IMG/VR virus record: IMGVR_UViG_3300042484_003148
Span: 131,284-195,283 of that record
Direction: 5' to 3' (one strand)
DNA: 64,000 bases
DNA from: a virus
Lineage: Duplodnaviria; Heunggongvirae; Uroviricota; Caudoviricetes
Of this stretch, positions 9,112 to 18,515 are shown in pieces; the first letter of the stretch is position 1, and each line of letters starts with the position of its first letter. The notes beneath the pieces are model-generated. The model did not search any database, was not told where the DNA came from, and saw only the letters and a program-made list of their open reading frames with translations. The position numbers and the translations under genes were made by a program.

Positions 9112-9798
9112 TTATTTTATTAAAAAAGACTTATATTTATTTTCAATTTCTGATAATTGTCTTTTAACAACACTTTCATTAACATTTTTTAATTCATCAG
9201 AATCTATTGATTTATATAAATAAGCATCCGGTGTTGATGGTGATGAAACTAAATCCCAACCAATTAATTCAAAATCATTCTGAACAACTAAAACATCGTT
9301 TTGTTTTCTAACCGAACCTAAACCTCTAGATGAAATACCTAGTTTACATTTCTTTTTAAGTAAATCAGCTATATAATCAGCTTGACAACCTATTGTTCCG
9401 TCATTATCATATTTAATTGATGTTAATAGCTCGATAACACCCCATAATGTGTTTTGTGACCACCAAAAATCGACAACCAACAAACCTAAATCTTGACTCC
9501 TTAAAGAAATATCACTTCTATCAGGATGACAAACTTCACCAAAACTATTTCTATCTTTAACTAACTGAATATATTTTTGTAATTCTCTTTCTAAAATTTG
9601 TCTTGAGTAAATTCTTGAATTACGATTTCTCACTTCTGCTTTTTGCAAAATACATTCAATATAAGTTGATTTACTATCTCTAACTAAATTAGAAACTGAT
9701 TCATTTATATTACTAGAACTAGTTATAATTTTATTAGTATAACCTTCATGTTCAATTAATATCCCAGTACCAACTTCTCTAGCTTCTAAAATTTTCAT
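9112..9798 (-). CDS. putative prohead protease (gp21-like)
   Basis: 228 aa. Assigned by size and by synteny with the gp21-gp22-gp23 order. Catalytic residues could not be verified by eye. Confidence 0.35.
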   Translation of the reverse strand: MKILEAREVGTGILIEHEGYTNKIITSSSNINESVSNLVRDSKSTYIECILQKAEVRNRNSRIYSRQILERELQKYIQLVKDRNSFGEVCHPDRSDISLRSQDLGLLVVDFWWSQNTLWGVIELLTSIKYDNDGTIGCQADYIADLLKKKCKLGISSRGLGSVRKQNDVLVVQNDFELIGWDLVSSPSTPDAYLYKSIDSDELKNVNESVVKRQLSEIENKYKSFLIK

Positions 9799-9934
9799 TA
9801 GTTTTAATTTTAATTAAATAGGTTAAAGAATTTTGTTATTTATTTTTTATAAAAAGTTATAATTAGTTTTTATTATAAATAGTCAACGTTATTTATTCTA
9901 ACTATTTATAATAAATAAAAAAACTTATAACTAG

Positions 9935-10711
9935 ATGATAAACTTTGGAATTATAAACGAGGCACTAAATTCATTATTCGTAAATGAAAGTATTGAAAAT
10001 GGTGGTTTAAATTCTACATACAAGGGTTATGTGGATTTAATTAAAAATTCAGAAATATTAAAACAAGAATTTAAAGTTTACAAAACTTTAGAAGACACAA
10101 AATTTGAAAATAAAGATATAGCTAAAGTATTTCTTGATAAAATTCTAGAACCTTTTAAAAATTATACTTATAACGAGGTATTAAATGAAGTTGCTAAGAT
10201 TAAAAATTTAGTATCAAATCCGGAAAGAATTGAAGATACAAAAAGAGATTTATTTATTGCAATTGACAACTTAATTTTAAGTTCTACTAAGGATGGTATT
10301 TTTAAAGAACCAGTTAAAAATAATTTTGAAAAATCATTAAATACTGTTTTAACATTCATTACAGAACCACAAGTTTTAGAAACTGAAGACGAAGACGAAA
10401 TAAGTGAGGAAGAGTTAGGTTATTTTAAATCAGATGATATAATGGATAAATCAGTTGAGTTATACGAGGAAGAATATGGTGAACAACTTAATGAAATGCA
10501 AAAGGAATTTATTGGTAAGTTATTCAAAAGTGAAGATAATGAAAAACCATTAGTTTTTGAACAAATAAAACAACATGTTTTAAATGTTTTAGTGGAAGAT
10601 AAAACAAGTGACCCACAACTTATTGATAGTTGTATTGCTAAGGTAACTAAAATGAAATTCAATGAAAATAATTTCTATGAAAACGTCACAGATTTACTCG
10701 AATTCTGTTAA
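9935..10711 (+). CDS. acidic hypothetical protein
   Basis: 258-aa ORF, divergent from the head operon. Confidence 0.5.
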   Translation: MINFGIINEALNSLFVNESIENGGLNSTYKGYVDLIKNSEILKQEFKVYKTLEDTKFENKDIAKVFLDKILEPFKNYTYNEVLNEVAKIKNLVSNPERIEDTKRDLFIAIDNLILSSTKDGIFKEPVKNNFEKSLNTVLTFITEPQVLETEDEDEISEEELGYFKSDDIMDKSVELYEEEYGEQLNEMQKEFIGKLFKSEDNEKPLVFEQIKQHVLNVLVEDKTSDPQLIDSCIAKVTKMKFNENNFYENVTDLLEFC

Positions 10712-10784
10712 AAACAAGAAAGATTGCAACTGTCCAAAAGATAAACCTAGAGTTATCAAACGTTAATAATAACCACTTGACTTT

Positions 10785-10820
10785 AAAAACCTCTCTTATT
10801 AATTTAAGGAGGTTTTTTAT
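10785..10820 (+). terminator. rho-independent terminator (AAACCTCTC family)
   Basis: AAAACCTCTCTTATTAATTTAAGGAGGTTTTTTATTTT. Confidence 0.55.
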
Positions 10821-10908
10821 TTTATAACCTCTTTGTAATCTTTACTGAAACGTAATAAATAATACCTGAAACGTAAAATATTTTCTATTTAAAATAAAAT
10901 AGGGAGAG

Positions 10909-11058
10909 ATGAGGATGGTTTTTATTATTATCGCACTGGTTCTTACTTCTGTTGATATTACATTGCTTAACAGAAGAAATAAGACAAAAACTAAATATTC
11001 TGTTGTTTGTACATTAAACAAACAAACAGAATCTGAACTAGAACATTTTTATTTATAA
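10909..11058 (+). CDS. small membrane protein (49 aa)
   Basis: MRMVFIIIALVLTSVDITLL..., preceded by AGGGAGAG; followed by the hairpin 11068..11102. Confidence 0.3.
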   Translation: MRMVFIIIALVLTSVDITLLNRRNKTKTKYSVVCTLNKQTESELEHFYL

Positions 11059-11086
11059 AATATTTTTAAACAGCTTGTAATTAATT

Positions 11087-11464
11087 TTGCAAGCTGTTTT
11101 CTTTATTAACTATTTATTTGAAAAATACACAACTATGATAATACTAGATTTTTGCTTTATATTTATGTTACTTGGAATAAGTGCTGGGTTATTCTCTAAG
11201 TTTATTGATTTTTGTTTTAATGAAGGTAACGTTTTAGATTTTTATTATCTTTGGGTTATCACGTACATTGAACCTTTATACCCTAAACTAGCTAAACCTT
11301 TAGGTGTTTGCAATGTATGTTTTAATTTTTGGTTCTCTAGTTTTTTATTTCCTTTATTATTAACTTCCATCGGGTTAAGTTTTAAAGTTAGTTATTTTTG
11401 TTTATATTTTATTTACATTTCATTCACTTGTATAACTAGTTTATATTTGAATAAAGAAAATTAA
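11087..11464 (+). CDS. hydrophobic membrane protein
   Basis: 125 aa with several hydrophobic segments. Confidence 0.45.
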   Translation: MQAVFFINYLFEKYTTMIILDFCFIFMLLGISAGLFSKFIDFCFNEGNVLDFYYLWVITYIEPLYPKLAKPLGVCNVCFNFWFSSFLFPLLLTSIGLSFKVSYFCLYFIYISFTCITSLYLNKEN

Positions 11465-11495
11465 TTTATTCTATTTATTAATAAACATATCTAAT

Positions 11496-11915
11496 ATGTA
11501 TACTATATATCATTCAAAGAAACTAACTAATTTATCACCTGTTAAATATAAACTTTTCAACTTAGGTGTTGCATTTGCGGTTAATTATTTAAAAATAGAT
11601 AAAAATATTAAATTCAATATTTACTTATTTCATAAAGATGATAAAAGTAAACCACAAAATATTACCCTTGCTGCTTATGACCCACAAACCCACGATATTC
11701 ATGTAAGAGCTGATAATAGAATATTAATGGATATATTAAGAAGTTTCTTTCACGAAATGGAACACTTCAGGGAGCAAACTCAAGGTGGAATAGATTTTTC
11801 AAAGTATGATGATATCCACTGTGATACAGAATATAATGCAAATAAACAAGCAGGTATAATGTGTAAAGTATTTGCAAAAGAAAATAATGCTAAGTGGATT
11901 AATAGTATTGATTAA
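11496..11915 (+). CDS. small HExxH-motif protein (possible metallopeptidase-like)
   Basis: 139 aa containing FFHEMEHF. Confidence 0.4.
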   Translation: MYTIYHSKKLTNLSPVKYKLFNLGVAFAVNYLKIDKNIKFNIYLFHKDDKSKPQNITLAAYDPQTHDIHVRADNRILMDILRSFFHEMEHFREQTQGGIDFSKYDDIHCDTEYNANKQAGIMCKVFAKENNAKWINSID

Positions 11916-11969
11916 TTCATTTAATTAAAGAAACGGCTTAGGACCGATTTGCTGTTACGGCAAAATTTG

Positions 11970-12002
11970 ACCTGCATGATTCGCTCCCATGCAGGTTTTT
12001 TA
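11970..12002 (+). terminator. GC-rich hairpin terminator
   Basis: CCTGCATGATTCGCTCCCATGCAGG followed by TTTTTT. Confidence 0.6.
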
Positions 12003-12037
12003 TTTAAAAAATTGGATTTTATTAATTTTATATATTT

Positions 12038-12904
12038 ATGTTTAAAACCAACTCTATGAAAAAATGTGCTAAATGTAAAATAGAAAAACCTGAAACTGAA
12101 TTCGGTAATAATAAATCTTCAAAAGATGGATTACATTCTTATTGTAAAGAATGTGAAAATAAATGTTCTCGTGATAAATATTATAATAATCGTGAAAAAA
12201 AACTTAAACAACTAAAAGATAAATATCAAAATGACATTGAATTTAAAAATAAAAGAAATTCAATAATAAACACAGATGAATTTAAAAATAAAAGAAATGA
12301 AAATGCTAGAAATAAACGTAAAAATAATGAAGAATATCGCGAAAAAATAAATAAACAAGAACGTGATAAATACAATAATAAAACTGAATTACGTGAAAAA
12401 AAACTAAAGAAAATAAGAGACAAAACTGCTAATGATAGTGAATTTCGTGAAAAAGAAAGCAAGCGAAAAAAAGAATACCACGCAACACCCAAAGGTAAAA
12501 AGGTATTAAAACGTGCATATTCAAAATACATAAATAAACCTGAAAATAAAATGATTCGTACTATTCGTGATTTTATCCATAGAACATTAAAATATAAAAA
12601 TGAAACATATACTAACAAAGATTTAGGTTATACTAAACATGAGCTAAAAGAACACCTAGAAAAACAATTTGATGAAAATATGTCATGGGACAATTATGGT
12701 ATTTGGCATGTTGACCATATTATACCTATTACAAAGTTTGATAAAACAACACCGATATATGTTATTAATCACCTAGAAAATTTACAACCTTTAGATGGTA
12801 CTGAAAATATGAGTAAGAATAACCGCATCGAATTACTACCTGAACGAACAATCGGTGAATATGTTTTATTTTTAAATGAAAATAATAAGTATCAATTAAA
12901 ATAA
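12038..12904 (+). CDS. HNH homing-like endonuclease with N-terminal zinc ribbon and basic EYR repeats
   Basis: 288 aa. N-terminal C-x2-C...C-x2-C (CAKCKIEKPETEFGNNKSSKDGLHSYCKECENK). K/R-rich repeats (EYREKINKQERDKYN...). C-terminal HNH (WHVDHIIPITKF...NLQPLDGTENMSKNN). Paralog of 14141..15574. Confidence 0.75.
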   Translation: MFKTNSMKKCAKCKIEKPETEFGNNKSSKDGLHSYCKECENKCSRDKYYNNREKKLKQLKDKYQNDIEFKNKRNSIINTDEFKNKRNENARNKRKNNEEYREKINKQERDKYNNKTELREKKLKKIRDKTANDSEFREKESKRKKEYHATPKGKKVLKRAYSKYINKPENKMIRTIRDFIHRTLKYKNETYTNKDLGYTKHELKEHLEKQFDENMSWDNYGIWHVDHIIPITKFDKTTPIYVINHLENLQPLDGTENMSKNNRIELLPERTIGEYVLFLNENNKYQLK

Positions 12905-12960
12905 TTTGTTTTATTGAAACCTTTTATGTAGGTTTGCGTTATAGTTTAAAATTACATTTA

Positions 12961-13230
12961 ATGATATTATCAGAACAAGAAATAAACGGATTTGAGATTT
13001 GTAAGTATGAATCTACAAACATAACACAAACCAGGTATAACATTGAAACCAAAGAACTAATTGTGTTTTTTGGTAGAGCAGGAAGAGTTTTTAAATATTT
13101 CCCTGTAGAATACGATAATTATTTGTTTTTCAAAAGTAGTGAATCACAGGGTAAATATTTTATTGCTAATATTCAAAAGAATCCTGATATTGATTTTGAA
13201 CCTTATAAACCTATAGAACAAAATGATTAA
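12961..13230 (+). CDS. hypothetical protein (start moved to first ATG)
   Basis: The ORF-track start 12934 is a TTG inside the conserved promoter motif; the first ATG is at 12961. Confidence 0.45.
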   Translation: MILSEQEINGFEICKYESTNITQTRYNIETKELIVFFGRAGRVFKYFPVEYDNYLFFKSSESQGKYFIANIQKNPDIDFEPYKPIEQND

Positions 13231-13489
13231 TTCAACAAAACGTTTAGAACGTAGGAATATAACCTATAGTGAAATTGGTTATAAAAGTCAAGGTAGTATG
13301 TTTGATTTATTAGATAATAGTTTAAAAACTGTTGCTAGGATAAATGATGAACAATATGATTTCATTGCTGAAAACGCAAATGATGATGAATTAGATTTAT
13401 TAGTTAAAGAAGAATTTACTTTTGCTGAAAAAAGACAATTTATTATTATGTTAGAAAAATATTTAACACAGTTTAACAATAAAAAATAA
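13223..13489 (+). CDS. hypothetical protein
   Basis: 88-aa ORF overlapping its neighbours by a few nucleotides (operon). Confidence 0.45.
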   Translation: MINSTKRLERRNITYSEIGYKSQGSMFDLLDNSLKTVARINDEQYDFIAENANDDELDLLVKEEFTFAEKRQFIIMLEKYLTQFNNKK

Positions 13490-13815
13490 TGGAAAAATAT
13501 TTAGAACTTTGTAAGAAGCATTACGAGATAATGGAAAAGAAAAACGTTCTTATTTCAGTTTACAGTAATGCGAGTGGGTTTTTGTGGCAAGTAATGAAAG
13601 TTGATAGTGGAACCGATTTAGGTTGGTCTGAATTTAATGGAAATTGTGAATTATCTGGTACGTTTATTAAATACGAAGATGCGCTAGAAGATGCTATTAA
13701 TTTAATAGAAAAAGCTAATTTAGTTAAGTTTAAAAAAGAAACTAAAACTTCTGAGTTTCATTGGGGAAATTACGTACACTACTTAAATAAAAATTACAGA
13801 AATGACTCCAAATAA
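13489..13815 (+). CDS. hypothetical protein
   Basis: 108-aa ORF. Confidence 0.45.
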   Translation: MEKYLELCKKHYEIMEKKNVLISVYSNASGFLWQVMKVDSGTDLGWSEFNGNCELSGTFIKYEDALEDAINLIEKANLVKFKKETKTSEFHWGNYVHYLNKNYRNDSK

Positions 13816-14137
13816 CTGGAAAATTAAACCTTCCAATATAACTGATGTGGTTAAAGAAAAGGTCCAAGAAACAAGTAATTTTCTCAAAGAACTAGAAAAA
13901 GATTTTCAAAAGTTCAAGAAAAATAATACCAGCAAGAAAGGTAAAAAAGAATGGCAAACTAATGTTAATATCGAATCAAAGTCGGGCATGTTTGAAGTAA
14001 CAAATTTATTTGATACTAAACAAATTGTCTTTGATATTCACGATGACAAGCTCAATATAGATAAACCTATTCATTCAATAACTTTGAGTTATAAAGAATT
14101 CAAAGAATTAAGTAAATTTATTAAAAAAATATCTTAA
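13802..14137 (+). CDS. hypothetical protein
   Basis: 111-aa ORF. Confidence 0.45.
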   Translation: MTPNNWKIKPSNITDVVKEKVQETSNFLKELEKDFQKFKKNNTSKKGKKEWQTNVNIESKSGMFEVTNLFDTKQIVFDIHDDKLNIDKPIHSITLSYKEFKELSKFIKKIS

Positions 14138-14140
14138 GAT

Positions 14141-15574
14141 ATGGAAATAAACAATACTAAAAAATGTACCAAGTGTGGTGTTGAAAAAGAGTTGAGCGAG
14201 TTTGCTAAAAATAAAAATACAAAAGATGGTGTAAAACCTGCTTGTAAAACTTGTGTAAATAAACAAACATCTGAAAAATATTTTAATGATTCAATTTTAC
14301 GTGAAAAACGAAGTCAAGAAGCTAAAGAACGTTATAAAGAAAAACTTAAGGTTGAGAAAATAACTATTGATTTTTCAGCTTCAAAACCTTGTATTAAATG
14401 TGGTGTTGAAAAAACATTAGATAAATACACCAAAAATATATCTTCTATAGATGGTGTTGAAAATGTTTGTAAAGATTGTAAAAATGAACATAAAAGAAAC
14501 AAGGTTAAAAATGATTCAGAATATCGTGAAAAATTAAATAAACGAGGTAGAGATAGATATTTACAAAAAGCAAATGAAAACAAACAACAAGACCTTAATT
14601 TAATATTAAAGGTTTGTAGTAAATGTGGTATTGAAAAAGATGGTACCTGTTTTAATAAACACAAAAGTAGACAAGACGGATTAACAGGTGTTTGTAAAGA
14701 ATGTAGAAATAAATATTTACGTGATAAAGGTAAAGAAAACCCTGAATATCGTTATATGATAAATCAAAAAAGACAGGATAAAATTATTTTTAAAAAATAT
14801 ACATTTAAAGGTGTTGATAATACAATATTGAAACCTTGTAGTAAATGTGGTATTGAAAAAACTTTAGATAAATTTTCCAAAGAAATATTATGTACTGATG
14901 GTACTAAAAATATTTGTAATGAATGTAAAAATGAACGAAACAAGGGAATACTAAATAATAATCCTGAACGTAGAATTAAATACAATACACAAAGACGTAA
15001 TAAAATTAACAACAATATTGAATATCGTAACAAAATCCGTCAAAAACAAAGGGAATTTTTAAAAAATAACCCAGAAATTAAAGAAAGGTATAAACAAACC
15101 CAAAAAGAAAAGTTTAACGACCCTGAGTATCGTGTTATCTATAATAATAGACAACGTAAATATCACTCATCACCTAGTAGTAAAAAAGCTAGAAAAATAA
15201 GAGAATCTAGACCCGAATACAAAATAGCCAAAGCTATGAGACATTCAGTTAAAAGAGTGTTAAATTATAGTGATGGTAATTTTATAAATGAAAAATTAGG
15301 TTATACCAAACATGAATTAATGGAACATTTAGAAAAACAGTTTGATGAAAATATGTCATGGAACAATTACGGTACTTGGCATATTGACCATATCATACCT
15401 ATAACTAAGTTTGACAAAACAACACCTTCTTACATAATCAATCATCTTGAAAATTTACAACCTTTAGATGGTACAGAAAATAAAAGTAAAAATAATCGTA
15501 TTGAATTAATTCCTGAAATTTCAATTGGTGAATATGTATTATTTTTAAATGAATCAGGTAAATATCAACTATAA
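14141..15574 (+). CDS. HNH endonuclease with four zinc-ribbon/basic modules
   Basis: 477 aa. Four repeats of C-x2-CG-x-EK-x-L-x-F...DG....C-K-x-C, each followed by a basic EYR-type segment. C-terminal HNH domain about 80% identical to 12038..12904 (WHIDHIIPITKFDKTTP...NLQPLDGTENKSKNN). Confidence 0.75.
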   Translation: MEINNTKKCTKCGVEKELSEFAKNKNTKDGVKPACKTCVNKQTSEKYFNDSILREKRSQEAKERYKEKLKVEKITIDFSASKPCIKCGVEKTLDKYTKNISSIDGVENVCKDCKNEHKRNKVKNDSEYREKLNKRGRDRYLQKANENKQQDLNLILKVCSKCGIEKDGTCFNKHKSRQDGLTGVCKECRNKYLRDKGKENPEYRYMINQKRQDKIIFKKYTFKGVDNTILKPCSKCGIEKTLDKFSKEILCTDGTKNICNECKNERNKGILNNNPERRIKYNTQRRNKINNNIEYRNKIRQKQREFLKNNPEIKERYKQTQKEKFNDPEYRVIYNNRQRKYHSSPSSKKARKIRESRPEYKIAKAMRHSVKRVLNYSDGNFINEKLGYTKHELMEHLEKQFDENMSWNNYGTWHIDHIIPITKFDKTTPSYIINHLENLQPLDGTENKSKNNRIELIPEISIGEYVLFLNESGKYQL

Positions 15575-15579
15575 AACAG

Positions 15580-15618
15580 AAAAACCTCTCCTAATTTCTT
15601 AAGAGAGGTTTTCTTTTT
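15580..15618. terminator. bidirectional terminator (AAACCTCTC family)
   Basis: AAAACCTCTCCTAATTTCTTAAGAGAGGTTTTC between convergent genes. Confidence 0.65.
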
Positions 15619-15632
15619 ACATTTTAAGTTAA

Positions 15633-18308
15633 TTAAACATTAGCAAAACTTGCACCTTGGTTTGAAATTATCATACTAACCCCGATATATTCCAAACTCT
15701 TTACAGGTTTAACATAAATATTAAAATACAACTCATTACGTTCTCTAGTTGAACTATCATTAATATCAGCAAATGTAATTTTAGCATCCAATAACCCTCT
15801 TTCTGACCTAACAGCATTAAGTATTGGATTAGCCTGGTCCAAGAACTGATTAATTACTGTATCATCATTAGGTTCAAACAACAAACCTCTTGCAATATTT
15901 GAGAATTGTCTACCTAAATACAAGAACAAACGTCTAACATTAATTCTATCTAAAGCAGATGGTTTAGTTGGTGATTTAAGAGTTTTATTACCAAACACAT
16001 CAATTACACCACCAAAATTAGCCACTGGGTTAATTGCTTGAGCGTATAAAACATCTCTTGCAGATTCTTTCAATTTAAATCTAACTTTATTAGCGTTCAA
16101 CAAACCTCTAGTTGTACCAGCAGTTGCAAACCAACTATAGAATTTATTATCAGTGAATGCGAATGCTCTAGCCATCTCTCCGGTTGGTGGAATGTAAACG
16201 TTAACATTATTATCTGTATCTAAAATCTGAATATGTGGTCCATAAGTACAAGCATAAGTGGTATCTAAATCAGCCGCTTCAATTAAACTAGCAATAGAAC
16301 TAGCATAAGTTTCAGAAGTTTCATTAGGTAAATCTGGTGAGTCCATAATATACAAGAAATCACCTCTTTCATTTTCAATTAAGTCAACAACTTCATTTAC
16401 TAATGTAAGGTTATCTGACCAGTTAAGTCCAGGTGTTGCAAACAAGTTAATAGGTGTTTCCTCAGCATTACTGAATGTTGCAATACCTTGTTCCCATGCT
16501 TGATAATCTGCACCTAAGAAATAACCACTACCACCTTTAGCATATCTAGGTGTAATAGTTCTTTGGTCTCTATATTCATCCCAACCATCAAAACCACCAT
16601 AAGCAGTTACAGTGAATTTTCTAGTGTTTTTATCGAAATATTTATTGTTAACATTTCTAACATCTGTAATAGTTTGTAATGTATCAGCACCTGTAACAAA
16701 TTGACCAATTGAATAAGTACCATCAGTATAAGTACCTGTTGCACCTGAATCAAAGTGGAAACCTTTTGTTTTATTTACACTAGCTGAAGCTAAATTACCA
16801 GAGAATTGGAAGAAATCAGAATTAAGACCAGAACCAACAGTAGTTGTACTATCATAAGCTCTTTCTGAAATACCCAAGAAAACACGTTTAACTTTATCAG
16901 AATCAGCGTAAGATGATTTATATAATAATGTTGGTGTTTGTCCTGTATTAGTTACACCATTTACATAACCTCTTAAATTATAACCTTCAAAACCGCCAGG
17001 TAAAGTTGTTTCATCAATATTATCATAATCAGCGAATTCTAAATAAACATAAGAAGATTGATTATCGTAATTTTCACCACCATCACCAATTCTTTTACCT
17101 ATAAAGTTAGTACTAGATTTTGATAAAGAACATCTAGTATATGATTCCAATACAGACATACTATCATCAGTATCATTAAAATCTCTAATAATTACATCAA
17201 ACTCACCTGTTTCTGGTGAAACATTAGCAATAGAAACTTTAACAAATGTATTAGCTGCATTACCATCTGAGAATAAAACAAACCTAAACAATCTATCAAC
17301 TTTATTTCCTTTTAGTAAAGAAACAATCCAAGGTGTCTCAGGTGTTTTGTAACCTGTATTAAATTCAGTTGTTTCAGTAAATAATGATAATGTAGGTGAA
17401 ACACCATACAATGCACCGTCATTATACAATTTTGAAATTAAAGCATCGTAAGATTTTTCAACAAAAATATCTGCTGTTTTATCTTTATGTTTAGTACCTA
17501 AAACTTTAGTAATATAAGATGAAGATTTTGGGTCAATAGATACTGTATAAGTATTAGTTGATGTACCTGATAATGTAAAGTTACTGTAAGGTGAACTATT
17601 TGCTACAGTTGAATCGCTAATAGTTAATCCTGAAATATTATAAATTAGTGTATCATTACTATAATAACCTCTACTTCTTAACAAACCAACAACCATACCT
17701 TCATAAGCAGCATAAGGTGTAGCTGTTTGAGTAGTTGCTGTATACGATACTGTACCTGTCAAACCATTAATTGTAGAAACAGCAGTTTGAGGGATAATAG
17801 TTACATAATTTCTGTTAAATGTAGCACCAGGTGTTGTAGCTCTAGTAAACGAAGTATAACCTGTTTGAGTAACACCTGTAGTTGTAATAGTTATACCACT
17901 AAACACACCACCTGTATAAGTAGTTGACCCGGTTGTAGTACTACCATTAGCGATAGTTGCAGGGTCATAGTTAGCTAAAACTTTAATAGCGTAACCATTT
18001 CCAGAAGCGTAACCGCTTTTACCCAAAATTCTAGTAACAAATAAATTATTACCTTCACTTAAAAAAGAATCTGCATAGTAAGGTAATGTATATTTAAGGT
18101 TTCCACCTATTTTTTCAATACTTTTACCACCAAAAACTTTTTTAAACTGGGTTTTATTTGTTATTTGCTGAGGTTCAAAAGCTGGACCTTGCGTTGTTTC
18201 ACCCAATAAACCTAATGCAGTAACACCCAAAGCAACACCACCATTATATTGGCTGTTATCAATCTCCCTTACTTTAACGGTTGGTGATACGAAAATAAAA
18301 TCACTCAT
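15633..18308 (-). CDS. tail sheath protein (contractile tail)
   Basis: 891 aa. The N-terminus (FIFVSPTVKVREIDNSQYNGGVALGVTALGLLGETTQGPAFEPQQITNKTQFKKVFGG) follows the conserved sheath signature (SPG.ELKE...GTAAL.GKF.WGPAF....T....F...FG, as in T4 gp18). Confidence 0.7.
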   Translation of the reverse strand: MSDFIFVSPTVKVREIDNSQYNGGVALGVTALGLLGETTQGPAFEPQQITNKTQFKKVFGGKSIEKIGGNLKYTLPYYADSFLSEGNNLFVTRILGKSGYASGNGYAIKVLANYDPATIANGSTTTGSTTYTGGVFSGITITTTGVTQTGYTSFTRATTPGATFNRNYVTIIPQTAVSTINGLTGTVSYTATTQTATPYAAYEGMVVGLLRSRGYYSNDTLIYNISGLTISDSTVANSSPYSNFTLSGTSTNTYTVSIDPKSSSYITKVLGTKHKDKTADIFVEKSYDALISKLYNDGALYGVSPTLSLFTETTEFNTGYKTPETPWIVSLLKGNKVDRLFRFVLFSDGNAANTFVKVSIANVSPETGEFDVIIRDFNDTDDSMSVLESYTRCSLSKSSTNFIGKRIGDGGENYDNQSSYVYLEFADYDNIDETTLPGGFEGYNLRGYVNGVTNTGQTPTLLYKSSYADSDKVKRVFLGISERAYDSTTTVGSGLNSDFFQFSGNLASASVNKTKGFHFDSGATGTYTDGTYSIGQFVTGADTLQTITDVRNVNNKYFDKNTRKFTVTAYGGFDGWDEYRDQRTITPRYAKGGSGYFLGADYQAWEQGIATFSNAEETPINLFATPGLNWSDNLTLVNEVVDLIENERGDFLYIMDSPDLPNETSETYASSIASLIEAADLDTTYACTYGPHIQILDTDNNVNVYIPPTGEMARAFAFTDNKFYSWFATAGTTRGLLNANKVRFKLKESARDVLYAQAINPVANFGGVIDVFGNKTLKSPTKPSALDRINVRRLFLYLGRQFSNIARGLLFEPNDDTVINQFLDQANPILNAVRSERGLLDAKITFADINDSSTRERNELYFNIYVKPVKSLEYIGVSMIISNQGASFANV

Positions 18309-18515
18309 TTATAATAGTATATTAAATAATTAGTTTAGTTTTATTTTAAATAGTTTTTAAAAATCCAAAAAAAGTCTTATTTATTAAAAACAACTATGGG
18401 TTTCGGTTTTATTTTTATAGTCATTTCTTCATTTTTTATTGTTGTTTTCAATAAAAAAATTTTCACCAAATGTGGTTCATGTTCAGACAGTAAACCTAAA
18501 ATAAAATAAATAAAA

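Noticed and set aside
12226-12618. Minus-strand 130-aa ORF inside the HNH gene
   Set aside because: Antisense of the lysine-rich repeat region gives a poly-Phe/Leu artifact. The same applies to 14332..14664 and 14764..15033.
17727-17927. Plus-strand 66-aa Cys/Ser-rich ORF inside the sheath gene
   Set aside because: Embedded antisense ORF within a well-supported long CDS.
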